64,000 nucleotides of DNA, taken from assembly GCF_003334405.1 (NCBI RefSeq), contig NZ_QOWM01000005.1; one strand, given 5' to 3'. Positions within the stretch are counted from its first letter, which is position 1. Each line of letters opens with the position of its first letter. Source of the stretch: Escherichia coli. GTDB taxonomy: Bacteria; Pseudomonadota; Gammaproteobacteria; Enterobacterales; Enterobacteriaceae. The translations under genes were made by a program, and so were the position numbers. Shown here piece after piece: positions 1 through 10,149 of this stretch. The notes under the pieces were generated by a model. It saw nothing but the letters and a program-made list of their open reading frames with translations. It had not been told where the DNA came from and did not search any database.

Positions 1-411
1 CATATGAGGATGAGTCTGCGTTACGGTTCCAGCTTCAATACCGGCATCGCGAATAATGCGATAGGCCTGCTGGCGAGAAAGCCGACTCCCGCGGCGAGAA
101 ATAAATATAGCGTCGGTCCGGTCAGCGCCTTTCCAGTTAGCACGTTCCTGGGTCCAGCGTTCCACGGCTTCACGCTCATCAAAACGTAACGGGTGAACGG
201 TAGAAAATCCGTTCTTCAGTCGGCGAATATTTATTCGACCTTCATTAAGGTCAAGGTCCTGATAATGCAGATCAAGCAGTTCACTAATACGCATCCCATG
301 CCGATATGCCAACAGAATAAGACAATAATCTCTGGCTCCCGTTGCCCCGTAACAAACCGCCTGCATCATGGCCTGAACTTCTTTACCGGTAAGATAACGA
401 CGTTTACTCAC
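1..411 (-). CDS. fimE: Type 1 fimbriae regulatory recombinase FimE, N-terminal part only (gene runs off the window start)
   Basis: Minus-strand frame from GTG at 409-411 reads VSKRRYLTGKEVQAMMQAV..., matching the recalled FimE N-terminus; lies about 476 bp downstream of fimB as in K-12; no stop before position 1. Confidence 0.85.
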   Translation of the reverse strand, partial: MSKRRYLTGKEVQAMMQAVCYGATGARDYCLILLAYRHGMRISELLDLHYQDLDLNEGRINIRRLKNGFSTVHPLRFDEREAVERWTQERANWKGADRTDAIFISRRGSRLSRQQAYRIIRDAGIEAGTVTQTHPHM

Positions 412-887
412 AATAGTAGTACTCCTGACTGAGATATATTTGAATGAATACCTATAGGAAACCTCAATCGGTCAAAATTAGCCCAATAGATAAAAAGATA
501 ACCACACACGAAGTGATGTGGCTATCAGTCAATTACATTAAATATCATACAAAAATAAAATATCACTGATGTGATAACATCTATTTTCATTGATTTGATT
601 CAATATAACAATAGATTGCAGTGGATTAACTTCCAGTTGCTTAAAAAATAAAGAAAAAATGTGAAAACAGATGAATTTAAGTGATGTGTAAATTTATGAA
701 TGATTTTGTTTATTTATTTTGAAGAACATAAACCATTGTATTTTGTATGGATATGGTTAACTTAATGTTTATTATTATAATTAAGAATCACACTTACAAT
801 AACATCAATTAATAAATGGTTAATCATTTTTGATATATCGTAAGAATAATGTAGTTTTTAACACCATCCCTGGTATCTCAACTATCT

Positions 888-1490
888 CTATAAAACAGCG
901 TGACGCTGTCGTCCTCTGGCCCTATCCCAGATGCCGTAAAAACGCCCTGCATTGCTGGCGGTATACCAGACAGTATGACGAATATTGCGATGCCCAAGAT
1001 AATCCTGGATAAGTCGCGTATCTATTCCCATATTCGCCAAAGCAAAACCACACGAATGGCGTAACATGTGCGGATGAATCTCCAGTGACAACCCGGCATT
1101 ACCACCGGAAGTCGAGATAATATGGTAAAACTGTTGCCGAGAAAGCGGATTCCCCTTACGCGATAAAAATACCCATTCGCTCTCAGCATGCGGGTACGAA
1201 GTACGGATACTCAACCAGTTTTTTAAAGCCTGAACTTCTTTGTTCAATAGCGGGTGCGTTGTTGAAAAGCCTTTTTTTAATCGATGGATATAGATACACT
1301 TTGCCTTAAGATCAATATCCGAAATCCTCAATCGACAAATTTCACTCGCCCGGAAACCATGAATAAAACAAAGCAAAGTCAGACAATAATTACGTGCTGC
1401 ATGAGGCCCGGTATTTGCTGCTTTAAGGAGTGATTCGATTTCACTATGGGTCAGGAAGTTCCTTTTTTTGTTATCAGCCTTATTCTTCAT
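888..1490 (-). CDS. fimB: Type 1 fimbriae regulatory tyrosine recombinase FimB
   Basis: 200-aa ORF MKNKADNKKRNFLTHSEIESLL...HPHMLRHSCGFALANMGIDTRLIQDYLGHRNIRHTVWYTA with the tyrosine recombinase C-terminal motif; matches recalled FimB. Confidence 0.9.
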   Translation of the reverse strand: MKNKADNKKRNFLTHSEIESLLKAANTGPHAARNYCLTLLCFIHGFRASEICRLRISDIDLKAKCIYIHRLKKGFSTTHPLLNKEVQALKNWLSIRTSYPHAESEWVFLSRKGNPLSRQQFYHIISTSGGNAGLSLEIHPHMLRHSCGFALANMGIDTRLIQDYLGHRNIRHTVWYTASNAGRFYGIWDRARGRQRHAVL

Positions 1491-2503
1491 CGTTTTCCCT
1501 TATAATTACAGACGCGCACTAGCTGTGCTGGGTTAGCAATAATCCAACATTTTAATCCTGATTATGTTTATAAAAGCGAACGTTTGCTTAATAACTAACG
1601 TAAGTGGACCAGTTCTTCTGAGTGAACTTAAATGGAGTAGCGATAGTTACTTATAATAACTTTGCCATACAAACGCCATGCTCTTGCATGCTATGTACCT
1701 TTATATATTTATAAATCTGATACGAATCGAATAATAACCCTCATCATTAATGCAACTAATCTTATCTATATATCATGTGATATGTTCTGTAACAAGTAAA
1801 ATCAACATAAAAAATTCAGCAAAATTTAATATTCGTTCAACTAGCCGTCTCACATATGACATTATTAGTCAACTGCATTTGCCACAAAATGGCTATTTCA
1901 TGGAACGCAGTAATTTCTTAGTGGCTATTATCATGCTAATTCTTAGATCCCTAGCGATTATTCCTGCCTGGTTCGTCAGCTTAGGCCATGAGATTGTTAC
2001 ATTCCCTTTTATCCTGGAGATATGGGGGAACGCAGGCGACGCTTTTTCATCTACATCCGTTGGTAACTATGGCTTTGGTCACTACGACTTAAACCTTCCT
2101 CAATCACAGCTATTCGCCGGGCGATACGGCAAACAAACTAAGTGAAACATCATCCTGAAAACACCAACATCAACAAGCCTCTCCAGATCGACATCAGGAG
2201 TGACCAGTTACAAGCCACAAACCAAGAAACATATTTCATGATGAGAATTATACTCAGCCTGATGGCGGGTAAACACTTATTTTCACCAAGCTCACTGAGT
2301 TAGCTTGCAAAGCTTTCTTTGTTTAGATTCTAAATAAATTATTTACAAAACAGATTGTTAAAAGAAAACCTTTAGTTTTTGAAGACCAATGCAAGTGTTC
2401 GTCTGGCTTCACATGGCATCTGCTTCTTAGGAAAAGATCGACATATTTTGTGACACGAATTGCAAATCTGGTTTTGTTGTATGGATTGCGTGATTTTTGA
2501 TCT

Positions 2504-2523
2504 GGTATAACAGGTATAAAGGT
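2504..2523. promoter_or_regulatory. Putative NanR operator (tandem GGTATA repeats) upstream of nanC
   Basis: GGTATAACAGGTATAAAGGT about 420 bp upstream of the nanC start; GGTATA repeats are the recalled NanR recognition element. Confidence 0.45.
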
Positions 2524-2943
2524 GCACCGCGATAGTCAATGAGACTGGGCATCTCGTAATCTATGGCAAACATCACTTCAGTTCTTTCTCATCGGGTGAT
2601 GAAAACGCACTTCAGTCTGAAAGGAATATGAAAATGAGATCAACAGACACTCTATTTTATGACTCTGGGTAAAATGGATTGAGTAAGCGATATAGCTTAC
2701 GAAAATTCAAATCAATTAAACATCAGCAGAGATTTTATACTCAGGTATTTAATCTGGCCCTCTGTTTATTTAAATAATGTGGAAAGAGATTTTTCACAGG
2801 AGATATTATACAAAAAATATAAAATACAGCTACCGGTTGCCAAAGACACTATAAGCCTGGCAAAAAAATATTACACAACATAAATGCTAATTGTTTATGC
2901 GGGCTTTGTATTGCTTTCTGTATCCTACAAATGAGTGAAATTT

Positions 2944-3660
2944 ATGAAAAAGGCTAAAATACTTTCTAGCGTATTATTACTGTGCTTTTCGTCCCCATTA
3001 ATTTCTCAGGCTGCGACACTGGACGTACGTGGTGGATATCGTAGTGGAAGCCACGCCTATGAGACTCGACTCAAAGTCAGTGAGGGATGGCAAAATGGAT
3101 GGTGGGCAAGCATGGAAAGTAATACCTGGAATACCATTCATGATAATAAAAAGGAAAATGCCGCACTCAATGATGTTCAGGTTGAAGTTAATTACGCGAT
3201 TAAACTTGATGATCAATGGACGGTGCGCCCGGGAATGTTAACGCATTTTAGCAGCAATGGCACACGCTACGGACCCTACGTAAAACTGTCCTGGGACGCG
3301 ACAAAAGATCTTAATTTTGGCATTCGCTATCGTTACGACTGGAAAGCTTACCGACAACAAGACTTATCTGGTGATATGTCTCGTGATAACGTTCATCGTT
3401 GGGATGGATATGTCACTTACCATATTAATAGTGATTTCACCTTCGCATGGCAAACGACGCTATACAGTAAACAGAACGATTATCGCTATGCAAACCATAA
3501 GAAATGGGCGACGGAAAATGCATTTGTTCTACAATACCATATGACGCCCGATATTACGCCATACATAGAATATGACTACCTTGACCGTCAGGGTGTTTAC
3601 AACGGCAGAGATAATTTATCGGAAAACAGTTATCGCATTGGTGTGTCATTTAAACTGTAG
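2944..3660 (+). CDS. nanC: N-acetylneuraminic acid outer membrane channel NanC (KdgM family porin)
   Basis: ORF with signal peptide MKKAKILSSVLLLCFSSPLISQA and beta-barrel-like sequence ending in F/L; ATG at 2944 preferred over the upstream GTG of the ORF track. Confidence 0.85.
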   Translation: MKKAKILSSVLLLCFSSPLISQAATLDVRGGYRSGSHAYETRLKVSEGWQNGWWASMESNTWNTIHDNKKENAALNDVQVEVNYAIKLDDQWTVRPGMLTHFSSNGTRYGPYVKLSWDATKDLNFGIRYRYDWKAYRQQDLSGDMSRDNVHRWDGYVTYHINSDFTFAWQTTLYSKQNDYRYANHKKWATENAFVLQYHMTPDITPYIEYDYLDRQGVYNGRDNLSENSYRIGVSFKL

Positions 3661-3679
3661 TAGACAGGAGACAGTCACA

Positions 3680-4786
3680 ATGAATAAAACAATAACGGCG
3701 CTTACTATCATAATGGCTTCATTTGCCGCAAACGCGTCTGTATTACCGGAAACTCCTGTGCCATTTAAAAGTGGTACCGGAGCAATTGATAACGACACTG
3801 TCTACATTGGTTTAGGTAGCGCAGGTACGGCATGGTACAAGCTGGATACACAGGCCAAAGATAAAAGATGGACAGCGTTAGCTGCATTCCCTGGCGGACC
3901 GAGAGATCAAGCAACCTCTGCATTTATTGATGGCAATCTGTATGTGTTTGGCGGCATTGGCAAAAACAGCGAGGGCTTGACTCAGGTATTTAATGACGTA
4001 CACAAATACAACCCCAAAACCAATAGCTGGGTTAAATTGATGTCGCACGCGCCGATGGGCATGGCGGGCCATGTGACTTTTGTACACAACGGCAAGGCTT
4101 ATGTTACTGGCGGTGTTAACCAGAATATCTTCAATGGCTATTTTGAAGATCTCAACGAAGCTGGAAAAGATTCAACCGCTATAGATAAAATCAACGCCTA
4201 CTATTTTGACAAAAAAGCAGAAGATTATTTCTTCAATAAGTTTCTGTTGTCTTTTGATCCCTCAACACAGCAATGGAGTTACGCTGGCGAATCTCCCTGG
4301 TACGGAACGGCTGGTGCGGCGGTTGTGAATAAAGGTGATAAAACCTGGCTTATTAATGGCGAAGCCAAACCAGGATTGCGAACGGATGCCGTATTTGAAC
4401 TTGACTTCACCGGTGATAATTTAAAATGGAATAAGCTTGATCCCGTCTCATCACCAGATGGCGTCGCTGGCGGTTTTGCGGGGATAAGCAATGATTCTCT
4501 TATATTTGCTGGAGGGGCCGGATTCAAAGGTTCACGAGAAAATTACCAGAACGGTAAGAACTATGCGCATGAAGGCCTGAAAAAATCATATAGCGTTGAT
4601 ATTCATCTTTGGTATAACGGGAAATGGGATAAATCGGGTGAATTATCGCAAGGTCGGGCCTACGGAGTATCATTGCCCTGGAATAATAGTTTATTAATTA
4701 TTGGCGGTGAAACTGCAGGCGGCAAAGCAGTGATGGATTCAGTTTTAATTTCTGTGAAGGATAATAAAGTCACAGTACAAAACTAA
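3680..4786 (+). CDS. nanM: N-acetylneuraminate mutarotase NanM (kelch-repeat beta-propeller, secreted)
   Basis: ATG at 3680 preceded by AGGAG at 3667-3671; signal peptide MNKTITALTIIMASFAANA; repeated GG/W kelch-like motifs; matches recalled YjhT/NanM. Confidence 0.85.
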   Translation: MNKTITALTIIMASFAANASVLPETPVPFKSGTGAIDNDTVYIGLGSAGTAWYKLDTQAKDKRWTALAAFPGGPRDQATSAFIDGNLYVFGGIGKNSEGLTQVFNDVHKYNPKTNSWVKLMSHAPMGMAGHVTFVHNGKAYVTGGVNQNIFNGYFEDLNEAGKDSTAIDKINAYYFDKKAEDYFFNKFLLSFDPSTQQWSYAGESPWYGTAGAAVVNKGDKTWLINGEAKPGLRTDAVFELDFTGDNLKWNKLDPVSSPDGVAGGFAGISNDSLIFAGGAGFKGSRENYQNGKNYAHEGLKKSYSVDIHLWYNGKWDKSGELSQGRAYGVSLPWNNSLLIIGGETAGGKAVMDSVLISVKDNKVTVQN

Positions 4787-4850
4787 CGCTTCAGGGCCCC
4801 GGTAAAGGGGCCCTGCTATCAATTTGTCATTTCAATTACGCGAAATTTAT

Positions 4851-5831
4851 ATGAACGCAATAATATCGCCTGATTATTACTATATTCTTACCGTTGCTGG
4901 TCAGTCTAATGCCATGGCGTATGGCGAAGGACTGCCATTACCGGACAGGGAAGATGCGCCTCATCCCAGAATTAAACAATTAGCGAGATTTGCGCATACG
5001 CATCCCGGAGGCCCGTCATGTCACTTTAACGACATTATTCCACTGACTCACTGCCCACACGATGTTCAGGATATGCAGGGTTATCACCATCCTCTGGCAA
5101 CGAATCATCAAACACAGTACGGCACCGTTGGCCAGGCACTGCATATAGCACGGAAATTACTGCCCTTTATTCCTGATAATGCAGGGGTTCTCATCGTTCC
5201 GTGTTGCCGTGGCGGATCGGCTTTTACCGCGGGCAGCGAAGGAACATATTCAGAACGGCACGGAGCCAGCCATGATGCTTGTCGTTGGGGAACGGATACT
5301 CCGCTATACCAGGATTTAGTCAGCAGAACGCGAGCCGCACTGGCAAAAAATCCGCATAACAAATTCCTCGGCGTATGCTGGATGCAAGGCGAATTTGACT
5401 TAATGACCAGTGACTACGCGTCACACCCTCAACACTTTAATCATATGGTTGAAGCCTTTCGTAGGGATCTAAAACAATACCATTCTCAGCTTAATAATAT
5501 TACTGACGCACCGTGGTTTTGCGGCGATACCACCTGGTACTGGAAAGAAAATTTCCCTCATGCGTATGAAGTTATTTATGGCAATTATCAAAATAATGTT
5601 TTAGCCAATATTATTTTCGTCGACTTCCAGCAACAAGGTGAAAGAGGACTGACGAACGCGCCTGATGAAGACCCGGACGATTTAAGCACGGGATATTACG
5701 GTTCAGCGTACCGGTCACCGGAGAACTGGACGACGGCACTGCGAAGCAGTCATTTCAGCACGGCAGCCCGTCGGGGGATTATTTCTGACAAGTTTGTAGA
5801 AGCAATTTTGCAGTTTTGGCGCGAAAGGTGA
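4851..5831 (+). CDS. nanS: 9-O-acetyl-N-acetylneuraminate esterase NanS
   Basis: ORF from ATG 4851 (MNAIISPDYYYILTVAGQSNAMAYGEG...) with the GQSN esterase motif; third gene of the nanCMS operon order. Confidence 0.85.
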   Translation: MNAIISPDYYYILTVAGQSNAMAYGEGLPLPDREDAPHPRIKQLARFAHTHPGGPSCHFNDIIPLTHCPHDVQDMQGYHHPLATNHQTQYGTVGQALHIARKLLPFIPDNAGVLIVPCCRGGSAFTAGSEGTYSERHGASHDACRWGTDTPLYQDLVSRTRAALAKNPHNKFLGVCWMQGEFDLMTSDYASHPQHFNHMVEAFRRDLKQYHSQLNNITDAPWFCGDTTWYWKENFPHAYEVIYGNYQNNVLANIIFVDFQQQGERGLTNAPDEDPDDLSTGYYGSAYRSPENWTTALRSSHFSTAARRGIISDKFVEAILQFWRER

Positions 5832-5838
5832 GCGTTCA

Positions 5839-6489
5839 TTAATTTGATTTATTCGCATCCATCAGCGCTTTTAACTGCTCCGGCGTAAACGGTGGTTTGC
5901 GTCGGTGCAACATCGCATGGCAATTAGGGTACACAGGCAGCAAATCATTAACTGGATCCAGCTGGTAATCCTCTTTAATGGCTGACAGCGGCACCAGGTG
6001 ATGCACATGGATAAAGCCTTCAGCGATATCACCATAGATCTTCACCAGATCAACACCGCATACGTTGCACTGGCATCCATGATGTTCGACCGCTTTATCT
6101 CGGGCCTTTTTATCGCGTTCATAGCGGTTTACTGTCACCTTTATCGCCGCACCTTCAAGGTATGTCTCCTGCGACGGCAACTCATCCGGGAACAGAACGT
6201 CGGCTATGGGAGCCGCAGCGGCTTTATCCAGATGAATATGAAATCCCTGCTCTATGAGTAGCTTGACACATTTAGATTTTATTCCGCCGGTGAAATCCGC
6301 AGGGGTAAATTGCGTCCCCGTCATCAATGTCGCTGCGATGCCAGCAATCGCCTTCGAGGGGTAACGTCGGCCATGATATTCAATCTCATACAACCGCGCA
6401 GGCTGGAACTGATGAGTTTCTCCCGCATCCCATAAATGGATAGCTTCGATGATATACCGCCGCGGAAGATGATCAGGGAGTTTATTCAT
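5839..6489 (-). CDS. McrA-like HNH endonuclease (candidate modification-dependent restriction enzyme)
   Basis: 216-aa ORF; C-terminal HNH motif CQCNVCG...HVHHLVPLS...NDLLPVYPNCHAMLH; N-terminal ~100 aa unassigned putative DNA-recognition domain. Confidence 0.55.
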   Translation of the reverse strand: MNKLPDHLPRRYIIEAIHLWDAGETHQFQPARLYEIEYHGRRYPSKAIAGIAATLMTGTQFTPADFTGGIKSKCVKLLIEQGFHIHLDKAAAAPIADVLFPDELPSQETYLEGAAIKVTVNRYERDKKARDKAVEHHGCQCNVCGVDLVKIYGDIAEGFIHVHHLVPLSAIKEDYQLDPVNDLLPVYPNCHAMLHRRKPPFTPEQLKALMDANKSN

Positions 6490-7257
6490 GGAGAATGTCC
6501 TTATACGTTCTCAGAACAGGCAGCAAAAAAACAAATGAGATCAAGGTAATATATCTTCACTTGCAGGCTTGAACAGCAGAAAATTTGCGAGCATGATCGC
6601 AATTATTTCACTGCCAGGGATATCAATAGCTTCCAGTAAATCGCTACAGCAGGCAATTGCCAATATAAAAATCTGGCACAAGGGTGAACAGCGCGCGCCG
6701 CATAAGCCATTGTTATTGCTATACGTATTAGCGGGATACCTGAATGGACATCCGCGCCTTTTCGATTATTGTAGTGGAACAGTCTACGAGGATGCAGTTC
6801 GAAGTGAGTAAGTAAAGGTTGCTGGAAACGATCAATGCCGCCATACAATGATTTTTTAGGATCAACAATGAGTAATAAAAACTACGAAAGTCACCGCAAA
6901 GCGATTGTTAGTAAAGGTATACCACCCGCTCTATTAAATAGGCTCACCAATTCGGATGTTCAGGTGATCAATACCTTCTTAACACGAGTGAGCAAACTGG
7001 AACTATCTCAACAAGAGAAAGACTGGATCATAAAAATCATCTCTATGGTTTAGACAATTTCAGCCTTGTAGCCTTTCAAGGGTTTTGTGTGGGTACAAAC
7101 ATTATCGAATCGGGGTATAGCCGCAGCTGTAGCTGTATCCACATCAGTAAGTTGATGTAGGTTGACTTAGGTTGAGCGAAAAATAGCGAAAAGCCTTGTG
7201 TGGCGCGGATTTCAGTCATAAAAAAACGTCCGTTGATGTCTATTGATGTTCCGATGG

Positions 7258-7300
7258 TGCGAAGGTGCAAAGGTGCGAAGGCCGGACTCAAACATGTGAC
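7258..7300 (-). repeat. Degenerate direct repeat of the leuX tRNA 3' end (att remnant marking the distal island boundary)
   Basis: GGTGCGAAGGCCGGACTCAAAC, with an internal duplication, resembles TGGTGCCGAAGGCCGGACTCGAACC at 44497-44521; about 100 bp below it also resembles the leuX-proximal flank. Confidence 0.5.
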
Positions 7301-7770
7301 TTAACCTCATGATTTAAAATTGTTAATAATAAACAATATCATCTTATACCAACACAGATACCAACACGAAAAATCACTGGTTTTCGGCATCGAACCAGGA
7401 CAATCAGCTCCTGATTGAGATACCGAGCTCTGTTACTCGTCATCTTCCTCGACAGGCTTCATTGCATCAAGTAGTACTCGCACCATCGCGATAGAACCAA
7501 TCCGGATAAAAGCATCTTCTCCATCTATATCTGTTAACTGATATCGCTCACTTGATGCCGGATAATTGTGTCGATTTGCAGCAGTGAACTCTTTCGTACA
7601 GCCAGAATGCGGCGGATGCTGGTTGAGCAGATAACGTCCGTATTCTCGTTGACCACTTCCGGACGGTAGGCTGTGATATCAGACATAATCGATATTCCTT
7701 TTTGCAGATAAATGAAAATGCCAGCCCTGTTCAGGCTGGCGTCAGTGGAATGAAGTCTGGTGAGTAAGAC

Positions 7771-7968
7771 TCACCGGTTCTGGTGCTGAAGCTGCAGTTG
7801 GCGCAGGGTACGGATATCCTCTCTGGCCTGTTCGATACAGGGCAACAGTGCTGCTGAATCCGTTTTATCCTCATTGTTGTCAAAGATAATTCCCGATTCG
7901 CAGTCGATATTGTCCTGCAGCCACGCAATCAGAATATCCAGTGCGGTTTCCGTGGTTAATGATTTCAT
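7771..7968 (-). CDS. Small hypothetical protein of the CP4-like prophage remnant
   Basis: ORF MKSLTTETALDILIAWLQDNIDCESGIIFDNNEDK... downstream of the toxin-antitoxin cluster; no motif recognised. Confidence 0.3.
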   Translation of the reverse strand: MKSLTTETALDILIAWLQDNIDCESGIIFDNNEDKTDSAALLPCIEQAREDIRTLRQLQLQHQNR

Positions 7969-7979
7969 GTTGTTCCTGG

Positions 7980-8468
7980 TTACCAGTTGAAAGTGGGTAA
8001 ACCCGGCAGGCATTCAGCGCTGGCATCCAGATGAATGAGACTGACGCCATAACGTCGGGTAAGTGTGATAACCAGACGACGGAACGTTTTTGACAGCCCC
8101 AGGCGTTTAAGCCGCAGAACCGGATATGACCACGCATCGGTACGTAACAGATATCCGCTACCTGTGAAATGAATCCATTCTGATTCACCAACGTCACTGG
8201 TCTGATGCGACAGCGAGTACAGCCAGGCGTTATCCTTTTCCGTGATATGTGCGGTACTGCAGCGTATGCCGGCAAGGGTTGCAAACGGTGGTAGTGTGCA
8301 GGTTGACTGTTGGTCGGATTCCTCCACCACGCGGAGTGAATAACCGTTTTCAGCGACCTTGTTAATCAGTTCAGTGAGATTAACACCATCGACGTCAACG
8401 ACAATTCGCCCCATGTTCAGTGCCTGCACATTAATTCTGTCGGCTTCCAGCATCAGGGAAAGTTTCAT
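7980..8468 (-). CDS. YeeW-like hypothetical protein downstream of the CbtA-like toxin
   Basis: 162-aa ORF whose ATG overlaps the toxin gene stop (ATGA), occupying the position of the third gene in CP4-type yeeU-yeeV-yeeW clusters. Confidence 0.4.
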   Translation of the reverse strand: MKLSLMLEADRINVQALNMGRIVVDVDGVNLTELINKVAENGYSLRVVEESDQQSTCTLPPFATLAGIRCSTAHITEKDNAWLYSLSHQTSDVGESEWIHFTGSGYLLRTDAWSYPVLRLKRLGLSKTFRRLVITLTRRYGVSLIHLDASAECLPGLPTFNW

Positions 8469-8839
8469 CGTTTCTCCGGATGCTTACCCAGGGTAATGTT
8501 ATTTACCGTTCTGTAATTGTCGCGGGTCATCAGGCCGGTCGCCCTGCGAGCCCGGAGGATATCAATACTGTTTATTAACTGAGAGCGGGGACAAGTGCTG
8601 AATCCCGGCTGGTCGGTACGCACCAGCGCGTATTTTTCCACGAGAAAATTCACCGCATCACACAGTGAAATGCCAGCTTCAATATGCTGCTCAATCACAC
8701 GTTCATCGGCGAACGGTGTGTCATTCAGTGTAAGGCCGTAATGCTGGCCCAGTAGTCGGGAGAGCAGAGTCTGCCAGATGGTGACGGGAGACGGGCAGCT
8801 CGATGCCTCCCGTACGTGTGTATCGGGTAATGTTTTCAT
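8465..8839 (-). CDS. CbtA/YkfI/YpjF-family toxin (type IV toxin-antitoxin, cytoskeleton-targeting)
   Basis: 124-aa ORF ...[56 protein letters not shown]... closely matching recalled CbtA-family toxins. Confidence 0.75.
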   Translation of the reverse strand: MKTLPDTHVREASSCPSPVTIWQTLLSRLLGQHYGLTLNDTPFADERVIEQHIEAGISLCDAVNFLVEKYALVRTDQPGFSTCPRSQLINSIDILRARRATGLMTRDNYRTVNNITLGKHPEKR

Positions 8840-8928
8840 ACTGAAGGTTTTCCTGATATGCAGAGATGAAAAATGGAAAAGTGGCGTGGTGAAAGCACCA
8901 GGCCGGAGCAGAAGGTTATTCCGGTGGT

Positions 8929-9297
8929 TTACTTTTTCGTTTCGGGCGTCGGATAAACAGCCAGATAAACGTAACCACCGCTACCGAGAGTGTCAGCTTT
9001 GCAGGTCAGACCTTTTGCATACAGCGTGACGGTATGCTGATGGCGGGGATTCAGTTCACCGCTGGTGAGCATGAGTTCCAGTTGTTTCATCAGCAGCGGA
9101 AAGGCCTGGTCCAGGTGGTACGCATCTGCATCGCTGAACAGGCCTCTGATACCGGCGCGGTCGGCAAGGTAATGCAGGCGGTTACCCTCCTGCACCAGAC
9201 GGGCGCCGAAACAGGGCGTCACTGTGCAGGGTAGTCTCCACCAGGGATGGTCGTCATTGTCATCGGGATGCGTTGTCCCGGAAAGTGTGTCTGACAC
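8929..9297 (-). CDS. CbeA/YeeU/YfjZ-family antitoxin
   Basis: From GTG at 9295-9297: [52 protein letters not shown]...; immediately upstream of the toxin gene. Confidence 0.7.
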   Translation of the reverse strand: MSDTLSGTTHPDDNDDHPWWRLPCTVTPCFGARLVQEGNRLHYLADRAGIRGLFSDADAYHLDQAFPLLMKQLELMLTSGELNPRHQHTVTLYAKGLTCKADTLGSGGYVYLAVYPTPETKK

Positions 9298-9459
9298 GAT
9301 AAAATCCTCACAGAAAATCGGTGAATGATAGTTTAACGATGACGGGTCAGCCGGCGCGCAGACCGGCTTCGGTAAAGGTGTATTCGTTGATGAGCAGGAC
9401 CTCATCCACAGCGGCGTCTGAGCTCAGCCAGTCGTACTCGTTTTCCGGGTGACGGAACA

Positions 9460-9678
9460 TCAGTTCAGGGTGACGCTCATCAGCCGGACATACGGACCAA
9501 AACTGTCCTTACGGCGTTCTGCAAACACGGCCAGCACACCGGGAATATCCTGCACTTCACGACCGGTATACGCTTCAGCACTGCCGTGCCAGCGGTATTT
9601 GCCGGTACAGAACGGAAAAAGACGGGATGCCGGATGCTGACGGTGAATACGCATGGCTTCGCCACGGGTGATGATTTT
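9460..9678 (-). CDS. YeeT/YkfH/YpjJ-family (DUF987-like) small protein
   Basis: 73-aa segment MKIITRGEAMRIHRQHPASRLFPFCTGKYRWHGSAEAYTGREVQDIPGVLAVFAERRKDSFGPYVRLMSVTLN, as recalled for CP4 prophage YeeT-like proteins. Confidence 0.6.
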   Translation of the reverse strand, partial: KIITRGEAMRIHRQHPASRLFPFCTGKYRWHGSAEAYTGREVQDIPGVLAVFAERRKDSFGPYVRLMSVTLN

Positions 9679-10149
9679 CATAGTGGGATACCTCTGAAGA
9701 CAGAAGATAAAAGTGAAAACAGGTGTGATGTGGTTGTGACGGGTTAAAGCAGACCATGTTCGGCAAAGGAGAAAACCTGGCTGCCACCGACTATCAGATG
9801 GTCCGGCACCCGGATAGCTGGAGGTACCGTCATGAGAGTTGAGCAGAATAATTTCAGGGACATGTTCTCCGTTTATCTCTCCGGCCCGCCGCAGACGCAG
9901 CATGTGTTTTGTGTATCCCCGGCGGCCCGGGTCGCGCACACGGGTCTGGCAGGCGAAGAATGGCTGAAAGCCTTCCCGCTGCAGGCTTTCCAGTACGGTG
10001 ATGGTGGGGATGTACGTATAGTTCTGGCTTCGGGACGTGTGTTTATCTTCCCCGAAAATCCCCGGCACATAGTGCATCAGTTCTTCGTGTGTCAGCGGAC
10101 GGTCACGGCGTATCTGGTTCGCATAACCAAAACGACTGGCTAGTCGCAT
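9679..10149 (-). pseudogene. Truncated DUF932-like (YfjQ-family) prophage gene, N-terminal fragment fused in frame to downstream sequence
   Basis: First ~110 aa MRLASRFGYANQIRRDRPLTHEELMHYVPGIFGEDKHTSRSQNYTYIPTITVLESLQREGFQPFFACQTRV...LLNSHDGTSSY match the recalled YfjQ-type N-terminus; the frame then becomes low-complexity and runs into the YeeT-like ORF. Confidence 0.4.

Noticed and set aside
4-432. Two plus-strand ORFs (61 and 79 aa) at the window start
   Set aside because: They are antisense to the fimE coding sequence, which gives a convincing recombinase translation on the minus strand.
1750-2145. 131-aa ORF in the fimB-nanC intergenic region
   Set aside because: Lies in AT-rich regulatory DNA, has no ribosome-binding site context or recognisable motif, and low-complexity composition; most likely non-coding.
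7258-7300. A second tRNA gene at the distal island boundary
   Set aside because: Only about 22 nt of the tRNA 3' end are present, with an internal duplication; no acceptor stem or anticodon arm, so it is an att remnant and not a gene.
7436-7686. Possible small minus-strand gene starting MSDITAYRPEVVNENTDV
   Set aside because: Translation hits a stop after about 50 codons and no motif is recognisable; left unannotated as too weakly supported.
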